DNA of 64,000 nucleotides from Proteromonas lacertae (Eukaryota): NCBI GenBank assembly GCA_002245135.1, contig NGBS01000592.1, positions 62,001 to 126,000 of the forward strand, read 5' to 3'. Shown piece by piece: positions 11,901 to 22,180 of this stretch (position 1 is its first letter; each line of letters starts with the position of its first letter). The notes under the pieces were generated by a model. It saw only the letters and a program-made list of their open reading frames with translations, ran no database searches and was not told where the DNA came from. The position numbers and the translations under genes were made by a program.

Positions 11901-14366
11901 ATTGAGTATTAAAGAAGATTTTTTTAATGATCCAAAATTCAAATTAAATTCTGAAAAAGAATTATCAGCATATTATCCTGAAAATGCATTTAATATAGTT
12001 TACTTTATATTGGATGAAAATAATTTCTTTGATTTGATAATTGATGGAGTGTTTATAAAGGTGTTATTAAATGATGGTAATGATGGAAATAGTCTTGATA
12101 AAAATGAAATAAATAAATCAATAAAAGTATATATATGCTATTATAATAAAATAGTATTACAGCGGAAATAATAGAATTAAATTTATGTATTGTGTAGTAA
12201 AAGGAAATGAATTACCAGAAAGCTATCAAATAGCTGATATTACAAATGGAGAAGAAGAAGAAGAAGGAGGAGAAAGTAGTGAAAAACAATGTAATGATGC
12301 TGAAGGAGAAGAAGAAGAAGATGATGAAGATGAAGAAGGAGAAGAAAGTAGTGAAAAACAATGTAATGATGCTGAAGGAGAAGAAGAAGATGATGATGAA
12401 GAAGAAGGAGAAGAAAGTAGTGAAAAACAATGTAATGATGCTGAAGGAGAAGAAGAAGAAGATGATGAAGAAGAAGGAGAAGAAAGTAGTGAAAAACAAT
12501 GTAATGATGCTGAAGGAGAAGAAGAAGAAGATGATGAAGATGAAGAAGGAGAAGAAAGTAGTGAAAAACAATGTAATGATGCTGAAGGAGAAGAAGAAGA
12601 AGATGATGAAGAAGAAGGAGAAGAAAGTAGTGAAAAACAATGTAATGATGCTGAAGGAGAAGAAGAAGATGATGATGAAAGAAGAAGATGATGAAGAAGA
12701 AGGAGAAGAAAGTAGTGAAAAACAATGTAATGATGCTGAAGGAGAAGAAGAAGAAGATGATGAAGATGAAGAAGGAGAGGATGAGGAGATAAGGAAAAAG
12801 GAAAATGACAAAGAGATTGAGAGAAACGAAGAAAAGAGAATAATACAACAACAAGAAGATAGTGAGGATTTTAATGTGTATTTGGATAACCGTATTTATT
12901 TAATGAGAAAATGTTTTGATAAGATGTTGGATATTATTAAACTAGATAATTTTACTTTTACATATCAAAGAAATTATTTAATTTTTGGTCATAGTAGAAT
13001 AGGTAAAACAGTGTTAGGACGTATTCTCACATATAAAATTAGGGAAATGGTCAAAAATACAAACATTAAAGTGATTTTAAAATATAAAAGTAAGCAAGAT
13101 GAATCAAATAATATTCCATTTGGTAAGAGTATAAGCAGTGATCCATATATTGTTATTGTTGATGGTTTTTCTGTTGGTGAAGATGATTATCCAGATGCAA
13201 AAATGATAATAATGTTAGCCAAACCATCTGATAATAATTGTAAAACGTTTCAGAGTAAAAGATACCCACTGATTATGTATATACCTCCATTTACAATGAA
13301 AGAAGTGAAGCAATTGATAAAATTAAAAAAGGAGTGTAGTGAGGTGAAAAGCAAAAGAAAATTTACTAGTTACTTAGCTATACAAGATGACTCAAATGAT
13401 GATGATGAATATTTAAATGATATTAATGATAATATAAATGTCAATGATGATAGCTTAAATATCCAAGATGATTCAAACAATGATATATGCAATAAAATGT
13501 TGAATAACTATGAATATTATGGAGGTATTATAGGAAATTATAATAATGATAAGGATGAGATTGATAAACATATACCAAATGTAAATAATAAACTGATTAA
13601 GTGACATGATGAAGAGGTATTAAGTAAATCATCTCTATCAAAAGTTGAATATGAAAAAATACTTATATATGAAACAGATGAAAATGATGTTACTAAATCT
13701 GATAATCTTAGATTTATATCTAAAACAATTAGAGATTTGGTATATGTAAAATTGTTTACAATTAAAGATAAAGATGTAAAAGAATGATTGGTATAACAGG
13801 AAGCTATATGGTATATGTGATAAAAATGTACAAATGAATAGTAGAATAAATTCCGACTGAATGGTAATTTTCAAAATCAGTGATATAGTATAGAAAATGG
13901 TAATAAGTTGGAGAATGAAGTTAAGAAATTAAAAGAAAATAAAGATAGTAATATAATTTCATTCATTGACTTAAGTTATAATCCTGTTTTCCCTGATATT
14001 GATGCATTAATTGGACCGTTTGGTATTCAAATCACAGTTGCTCAAAATCATGATTATGCACCTGAAATGTCAATGATACTACATAATTTATACAAAATTT
14101 ATTCAAAAGGATATAAAAGTTATTATAAGAGATTGGATAAAATAATTAAATTTGGTTACTTTATTATAAGTCATAGAAAAAAGGTTTATTATAAGAAAGT
14201 ATTTGATAGAGATACAGAGTGTTATCCAGAATTTTTTCAGAAATTAACAAAAAATAATTTAGATAATAAAGAAAAGAAAATACTTTATCATGCAGCAAAG
14301 TTAAAGAAAGTAATAATAACTATTTCATATAATGCTTTAACAAATTATTGTAATGCTTTGCCATAA
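8941..14366 (+). CDS. Crinkler/RHS-like protein: two SPRY-like N-terminal repeats, NTPase+REase, acidic repeat linker, second NTPase+REase; intron 12127-12154; distal half disrupted
   Basis: Walker A VVVTGQPGIGKTSF and YLIFGHSRIGKT; REase-like PVFPDIDALIGPFGIQITVAQNH; the 28-nt intron joins ORF 8941 in frame to ORF 12185; frameshift near 12680, stops at 13602 and near 13785. Confidence 0.72.
12260..12780 (+). repeat. Coding minisatellite, 7 copies of a 69-72 bp unit (EEGEESSEKQCNDAEGEEEEDD)
   Basis: GAAAAACAATGTAATGATGCTGAAGG recurs at about 12281, 12353, 12422, 12491, 12563, 12632, 12717. Confidence 0.95.
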
Positions 14367-14938
14367 ACAGCTAAATGGGTAAGATTATTAATTATTATGT
14401 TTAATTCTATATTGTTAATTAAAAAGTATTTGTTAGGAATTATAGAAATAATGATTGATTTTGATTTGGAATTACTGATAATTCGGTCAAAAAATATAGG
14501 TTTACCTATAAGTCAAAACCTATATCTTTAGCTTGACCTTTACCTTCCTTATACTAACTATTAGTTGACCTCCTATTGAACATGAGTTAACAAGCATATA
14601 ATCTAACCATATATACAAAATTTATGTTTTATACAACATCTTTCAAATATCAAATTTGACCGTCAGTCGATGCACTTTTTATATTACTATTATTTTGATC
14701 TATTTCTCAATGATGACTCACAATGATGCACTTTCAAATAGAGTTGTAATATATATAGTACTATTAGGCTCCTGTGACGCAGAAACGCCTAGTTTTCAAA
14801 AATGCTGATTGGCTGAAAACTCAACGGAAGTCGTTTCTGATTGGCTGTAATTTTTCGCACCCCAAATTAAAAAATAATTTTCTCGCACCCTCAAAAATTC
14901 AAAAAATGCGTAATCAGTATATAGTAAATCATTATTAT

Positions 14939-15352
14939 TTATTTACATATATGTCTATTTTCAAAATGATTCCAGAATTTGAGATTTATATCTTCTGGTG
15001 TAGGCTTTTTTCTAACATGATCGTTACACCATTTTTCTCCAAGAGAAGTACTAACTGTTATATTTGTTATATTGGTGGCTATTGGAGGCATTACTATATC
15101 CATACAATGTTCAACAAAAGCTCCAGGCAAAGGAACTCGATAATCTACAAACGGTTCTTTTCTATCAGGATCTGAATCTACTCTAATAAACACATAATAA
15201 TTCCCAACTATATATTCATCATTACAACAATCTGGTATATCAATAATCCAACGATTATTAAAACGCATATGCTGATAAATAGCAAGCATTATCTTACCTT
15301 CATAATAATAAGGATAGATATAATGCACATATTTAGGAGGATTAAATGACAT
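14939..15352 (-). CDS. Orphan 137 aa protein, probably element-borne
   Basis: Intact ORF with ATG; shares a WCxxH motif and downstream flank with its neighbour. Confidence 0.55.
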   Translation of the reverse strand: MSFNPPKYVHYIYPYYYEGKIMLAIYQHMRFNNRWIIDIPDCCNDEYIVGNYYVFIRVDSDPDRKEPFVDYRVPLPGAFVEHCMDIVMPPIATNITNITVSTSLGEKWCNDHVRKKPTPEDINLKFWNHFENRHICK

Positions 15353-15509
15353 AATTAATATTCAAATGCAAAATACCAACATCTGAACGATTATTGGTTA
15401 ATGCAAAATGCAAGTGCATGAATTTTTATTGGTTTATTAATGAATGAATATTCTAGAAAATTCAAAAATGAGTAATCAGTATATAGTAAAACAATGTTAC
15501 TTATTAATT

Positions 15510-15940
15510 AATATCCATAATGCCAATAGTTTCTTAAATTCTTAAACAATGAGATTTACACCACTCATAATCCATTTCATAGCTATTTACTTCATCTCTA
15601 AAGACATTAGGTATTGGCATAGTGTCAGTAGGTAATTCCAAATAGAAATTTAATCTTCCATCTTGCGGGAAGAACTTATTTTCCAACCAACATTTCTTAT
15701 ACACTTTGTATTATAAAAGATATAAATTTTCATATCATATTCCTGTGATAATTGATATAACTCTCCAGGTAACATAATCATCCATGTAACTGTACAACTA
15801 TGTTCAGCAATGATAAATCTTAAATGATAACGCTTATTATCTTCATCTAATGAAGGTATAACATATAATGAATCTATCGTTCTCAACTGGTGTCTACTAA
15901 ATTCGTTGTTGTTGCTGCTGCTGTTGTTACTGCTGTTCAT
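15510..15940 (-). pseudogene. Frameshifted orphan ORF, probable paralog of 14939-15352
   Basis: ORF 15650-15940 continues in another frame as GRLNFYLELPTDTMPIPNVFRDEVNSYEMDYEWCKSHCLRI. Confidence 0.5.
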
Positions 15941-16626
15941 ATTCTATAAATTATAATAATTAGATAAATTAGATAAATTATAGTATATTATATACTTTAT
16001 AATGATTTAAAGAATCTATAAAAATGACTATAAAATGTAACGAATTTCTATAAATTTCTCTAATTTTATTGGCTGATGAATTGCATTTCGGTTGGCATTT
16101 CAAAAAAAAAAAAATTTAAATTTTATTTTTTTCGTTAAATAGCCGTTACATTGGCATTTTCGTTTTAGAAAATTCGTTTTAAAGAATATTTTATAAAGTA
16201 AAACATTTATTTTATAAATATATTATACCCTGTTGGGATAAAAAAAGAAACTTATTTAAGGTATATATATATATATATATTAATTAGATGCAGAGAGAAA
16301 CAGGAAAGAAGGAATTAAAATGTGTTCCAAAAGTAGTGAATACCCCTAGTTTTTCAAAAATGATTAAATAGGAAAAGTATACTATTGTCCCAAAATGATA
16401 ATCTATTATGCAAAAGTCATTCTCAAAATAGAATAGAACTTCTATAAATGAAGAAGTATACATTGAAGTAATCTTGAACTCAAAAAGATAAACACTATAG
16501 AATACAGAATTGATATATATATATTATATAATATTATGATTTATACTATAAAAAACAAGTTTATAAATAATATAATTCTATAAAATGGAATATATATATT
16601 TTCTTTAATTAATAGATATTCTACTT

Positions 16627-17624
16627 TTAAATCACTCTCATATTAACCAAAACATTTATAGTATTTTCATCATACTCACCTCCTGGTTTGTTAGGAATTA
16701 AACAAATATTATCTGGAGCAATAGTTACTTTAATCTGTTTCTGATCTAATTCATCTTGCACATTAAAGTCTTTGGTTAAAACAAGTGGTTTAACATCAGA
16801 TCCTTCTAATAATAATATTGGTCTTTTATCATCACAACTATAATTGACACATACTTTTCCATTTTCTTTATAAGGAAATATAACAACTCTAATCTTTGTT
16901 GTATCACGTTCAAAGAGAAATGCTTTATTAATAAACTCTTCCACAACTTCAGTAACTTTCTTCTTCCATTCTGGAATACCATCATCACTATCTTTAATTG
17001 CAATCTTTCTTGGTCTTGATTTGTCTTCCTTATATGTCACACTACTAATTACAGTATTGTCGATCTTTAAAGTGAAGTGGTTTCCTTTATCAAATGTTGA
17101 AACACCATAAATATTACCAACCATTTCTATCTTGAAAATCTTATCTAATTGTAACTTTCTGTATGTTCTATCTTTTGAATGGTCGAATTTCCATTGTTCA
17201 ATTTCACCAGGATTTTTAAAATCTGACTTCTTTCTTGAAGCTCTTTTAACACCACCATTATTTCTTTTCTGCTTCTTGGCTGGTTGAATTACTTCATTGT
17301 CATCTCCTTGAGGTTCTGTTTCTGGTCCATCTTCAACATCAGTATCTGATTCTTCTTCTTCTTCTCCCTGAGATTCTGTAGCTTCATTTGAAACATCCAT
17401 TTTGCCATTAACCATTCTTGCTTCAAGTTCTTCTAATGTTTTTACTTTCATTAACTATGCATATAATAAAAGAGAATATAATGTAATACTTTAGCTTTGT
17501 TAATAGCTTCTTCATATTGCTGCTGCATTGTCTTTGCTTCTTCTTTATTAACAGCGGTTGCTATAACTCTCTTCTTCGGTGGCAAAGCTGGAGGATTTGA
17601 ATTTTCATCTGTTGAAAGTTGCAT
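16627..17624 (-). CDS. Orphan protein with NLS-like PPKKR/PAKKQKR motifs and an acidic tract; 35-nt intron 17455-17489; divergent from pPolB
   Basis: Upstream exon MQLSTDENSNPPALPPKKRVIATAVNKEEAKTMQQQYEEAINKAK splices in frame (gtattac...gcatag) to ORF 16627-17451. Confidence 0.7.
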
Positions 17625-17832
17625 GTTGAAATTGATTATTTTTTGAATATTAAAGATAAATTTATCTTAAAAATCTATAAGAAAACTTGGAATGAAATTG
17701 GGACAATAATTAAAAAAATTGAATGTCGTTTCATGAATCGTCACTCTCTTTTGTTTTTTTTTTTAGTTTGGATTTTCTTTGTATATTTAGTATTATATTT
17801 ATTTCTATAGATTTTGCGGACGGAGCAGATCT

Positions 17833-20800
17833 ATGTCTCTAGTAGCAAAGAAACAAGATTATGAAAGAAAGAGGAAGCACATATTAGGTGATGTTGAAGC
17901 AATAAAGAAGAAGGCAACTGCAAGAAAAAGAGCAATGAGGGCTATAGAAAACCAGGATTGTTGTTCCCCGTATGGCGGAAATCCCCATATGGCGGAACTC
18001 TATATTGCAGAATGATTCAATCAAAACTAATATGATATTCATGATGTTCGGAGTTAGTTATTAACAAATATATAGTTAGTTTGTCATATGACCTACATCT
18101 GTGATATACTTTTTTATGAACTTCATTATTATCAATATTAAACTAATTTTTGTATATTTTCTATTTTAATGTATCAGTCACTACTACAGTCTAAAATACA
18201 TCATCTGATATGAATAGAATTCACTATTTTTAATGTTAAGGCGGTTAAAAAAGAAAAAAGAAAAAATAAGTTCAAGCCTCACTCAAGCCTGCTCTTTAAT
18301 TTCCTTTTTTATTACCTTAACATTAAAAATAATGTATTCTATTCATATTAGATAATGTATTTTAGACTGTATTAGTGACTGATACATTAAAATAGAAAAT
18401 ATACAAAAATTAGTTTAATATTGATAATAATGAAGTTCATAAAAAAGTATATCACAGATGTAGGTCATATGACAAACTAGCTATATATTCTAAAATAACT
18501 AACTCCGAACATCATGAATATCATAATAGTTTTGATTGAATCATTCTGCAATATAGAGTTCCGCCATACGGGGAACAACACAGGATTCCAACAATGGAGT
18601 GACAAAGAAATGTGGAAGCATTCATAGTACAGTTTTGCAATGATGAAGCTGTAATAAAAGATATAAAAGATAAAATGAGTAAGTATGGTACAGGTAAGTT
18701 ATATGTTGTTTTAGATCTATTATACGAAGATACTGAGAATGAGGTAAATGAAAATGTTAGAACAAAAACAGGTATAGTTGAATTTAATGATAAAGAAACA
18801 GATCTAGCAATATCTACAAAACTTAAAGAAGCTACAGCCACATTTAATAAAGATAGTTTAGGTAGTAAGAGCGGTTTAGTGTTTAAACAAGTCAATTGTA
18901 TTAAAGTTTATATGGTAAAAACTCAAATGTTGTCAGGCGGAAGTAGTTATATAGAATTACCTTTTCATATAAAGAATAAAAAAGCTAGTTTAAATAAACA
19001 GAATATGGAAGATGAAAAATGTTTCTTGTGGTGTATATTGGCTTTTCTACATCCAATAACAAATAATCATGTTCTTAATCCATATAGAGTTAGTAGTTAT
19101 ATTAAATATGAATCTGAAGTGAATATGTCAATGTTTACAAATGGATATCCTATAGTACCAAATGATCATACTGCGCTTACAAAATTTGAATTTGTTAATA
19201 ATATTGCTGTGAATATATTTTATCTAGAAAAGGAAGCTTAAAGAATAACTCCAGTGTATAGAACATCAATCAATAAACTCAATCATGTTGGAAAAGGTGT
19301 TGCAAATTTGTTATACATACAAGATGAAGAGAAAGAAAAGATTGTAAAGCGCCAACAAGGAATCACAACAAACTTTACATTTGTGACTATTGTTTAATGT
19401 TTACAACAAGTGAAATAAAGGCTACAAATCATAAATTGATAGACTGTCAGAAGAATAAAAAACCATTTAGAATATTTCCAAGGAAAGGTAAAGATGAATG
19501 TATGATGAAATTTAAAGGCGTTAAAAAACAACAGTATTTACCATTTGTAATGTATTATGATACAGAAACTTATTTCGAACATTATGAAATAGATCGTTTT
19601 AATAATCCAAATCCGTCAAAGACTGAAGAAAGTAAACAGTTCCAACATAAGTTATACTCTTATGGAATTCTAGTTGATAGTAAGATAGCAGATGTGGATA
19701 ATAGATATGTATATGGATGGAAATTTGATGAAGATCATGATATAGAAGGTGACTTTGTATCTGATTTAATGTTGTTATATGAAGATTGTCAAAATATAAT
19801 TGAAGAGAAAAGAAGAAATCCAGTTAGATATAATGATGATCCAGAATGTACAAGAATTCATAATAACAAAACACATTGTGATTTCTGTGGTGTTGAATTT
19901 GATAAAACCAATAGTAATGTTAATTTGAAGAAGACTTTACATCACAATCATTTCACAGGTGAGTATATTGGATCATTGTGTAATAAATGTAATCTAAATG
20001 TGGATTTAAATTATATACCTGTATGTGCAATAGTTCATAATGCTGTAAAGTATGATCAACATTTGATTATGCGTAAGTTGACAAAGTATGCTAAAGAAAG
20101 AAATGAAGAAATACAAATTATACCAAACAATGATGAAGGATATAAAGAAGTAAAGATAGAACAGTTTCATTTTATTGATTCATTAAATTTCTTAAGTGGT
20201 AATCTCAGAAACCTAACAATGGATCTTCAGAAGACAGCATTGAAGAATAATAATAAACATTTACTATTCAAATACATATATAATGAATTTAATGATGTAG
20301 ATGAAGAGGTTATTGATAAGTACTTATTACAGAAGAATTATTTTCCGTATGAGTATATGGATGATTTAAAGAAGTTTGAAGAAAGAGTAGAAAGTTTACC
20401 ACCTGAAGCATTTAATAGCAAGTTAAGTAATTCATCAATATCAGAAGAAGAGTATACATTTGTTAAAGAAGTACAAGAACATTTTCAATTTGAAACAATT
20501 AGAGCTTATAATCTATTTTATTTAAAAGTAGATATATGTGCATTAGCTTCAGTATTTGATGATTTTAGAAACATTATATTTGATCATTTTAGATTGGAAC
20601 CTTGGAAGCTTATCTTAAAAGTAGTAAACAAGAAATAGAGTTACTATCTGATGAAGAAATGTATGATTACTTTGTAGATGCATTGTATGGTGGTCTTAGT
20701 TATATTAATCTAAGAAAGGCAGATGCTAATAATGAATACTGTTCTTACTATGATCCTACAAAACCTACCAGTTATTTACTATACTTAGATTACAATAGTC

Positions 20801-22121
20801 TTTATCCTAGTGTAATGAGTGCTTGTAAATTGCCTATTGGAAACTATAGATGGATTGAAGATGCAAATAAAAATGAAGTGTATAGAAATATACTTAAGAT
20901 GAAACCATATTCTGAACAGAACTTACATGAAGTAACAAAAGGATATTATATAGAAGTAGATTGTCATTATCCTATGGAGATAGGTAAATACTATTGGGAT
21001 TATCCTATATTACCTGAACGTAAAGCAATAGATGTAAGTGATTTGTCAGAAATACAAATAATAAGAGGATTAAAACTAGGTCTTATTCATAACGGTAAGT
21101 ATTATTCAACTAAGAAACTAATTAATGATTTAACTCCCAAACATAGATATAAGATGCATTATCAACATTTTCTCTTTGCTGTTAGTCATGGTCTATGTAT
21201 CGATAAAGTATATAGAATACTAGAGTTTGATGAAGTGGCACATATGTCTGGTTATATAGAGTCAATCAAAGACTTAAGATCTGAAGCTAAAAAGAATGGA
21301 CAAACAAGTAAGTCTAATACAATGAAGAAAATGATGAATTCTTTATATGGTAAGATGTGCGAGAGAGTAGAGAATCGTTCATCCACTAAGATAGCTGTTA
21401 CAGCAGATGATATAGTTAAATATGCTAGTCAACCACAATTTAAAGAGTTTGTGAATATAGGTAATGATACAGATGAAGATAAGATGACTTAAATACATTT
21501 CTACAATATGGAGTTTATGATAGACAAACCTTTACATATAGGAACAACTATACTCTCATTATCCAAGTTAATGATGATGTCATTCTGGTATGATTGTATA
21601 AAGAAGAACTTTCCTAATAGTTATTTATGTATGACAGACACTGATTCATTATTGTTCTATGTAGAGACAAATAACAAAGTATCCAGATCTAGATGAATGG
21701 TTAGATGGATCTAATTTGAATTTACCAGAGTTAGAAGATGTACCAATGAAGTGTAAAAATATTAATCCTTGTTGTTTGAATAAGTTAAAGTTTGAAGAAC
21801 AAGGCTCTGATCATCTTTGTTATATTAGTAAGTTTAGAGGTCTTAAATCAAAATGTTATCTATATATAAAAGAAGATATAGTTAAAGATAAAAGTAAAAC
21901 AATTCAGAGATGTAAAGGACTTATTACAAGTTTAGCAAAATCATTAGATCTAAAGTTATTCGATAGTATGTTGGATGGTAAGGCAAATTCAAAGAGCTTT
22001 GAAATATATCATATTAGAAGCTTCAAACATGAGTTATATACAGTCAAAGAGAATAAGATAGGTCTTACATCCTTCGAAGATAAGAGATATTTCATTAATA
22101 ACTATATAACAGTGCCTTATG
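17833..22121 (+). pseudogene. Protein-primed family B DNA polymerase (Polinton/Maverick type) with embedded endonuclease VII-like domain; disrupted
   Basis: KCFLWCILAFLH; Exo YYDTET, HNAVKYD, YLKVDICAL; CDFC...HHNHFTGEYIGSLCNKCN; Pol YLDYNSLYPSVM, KKMMNSLYGK, MTDTDSL, KSKCY, EDKRY; in-frame TAA at 19239 and 21490; frameshifts near 19370, 20602, 21680. Confidence 0.93.
17959..18580. mobile_element. 622-bp non-autonomous foldback/MITE-like element, TGTTG...CAACA ends, 6-bp TSD CAGGAT
   Basis: Arms 17959-18241 and 18315-18580 are near-perfect reverse complements; CAGGAT at 17953-17958 and 18581-18586. Confidence 0.9.
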
Positions 22122-22180
22122 TATTTTTTTTTAGTTTTTATAACACAAAACAACATAATTGAAGAATATATATATATAAT

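Larger units (their letters stand above)
14760..22121. mobile_element. Remnant of a Polinton/Maverick-like (pPolB-encoding) element; boundaries approximate
   Basis: pPolB pseudogene, adjacent orphan ORFs and CCAAT-box-rich intergenic DNA; no integrase, capsid, packaging ATPase or paired TIRs recognised. Confidence 0.65.

Noticed and set aside
12260..12780. Regularly spaced repeats resembling a CRISPR array
   Set aside because: The intervening sequences are not unique, the unit is coding, the context is eukaryotic and there are no cas genes
12212..12854. Long minus-strand and alternative-frame ORFs (poly-F/S/H/L, poly-K/M)
   Set aside because: Shadow frames of the GAA-rich coding minisatellite
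14485..14662. CGGTCAAA...TTTGACCG 8-bp inverted pair as a small MITE
   Set aside because: Too short, no TSD, and the same octamer appears in a host intergenic region near 54037
14760..14795. Helitron 3' end (hairpin plus CTAG)
   Set aside because: The CTAG is part of the stem rather than 10-12 nt downstream, and there is no Rep/helicase gene
14774..15175. Plus-strand 133 aa ORF
   Set aside because: GTG start, runs through a motif-rich non-coding segment and overlaps the better-supported minus-strand ORF
19239..21492. In-frame TAA codons as evidence for stop-codon reassignment
   Set aside because: Host genes terminate normally at TAA/TAG/TGA, and the same ORF carries deletions and an insertion, so it is a pseudogene
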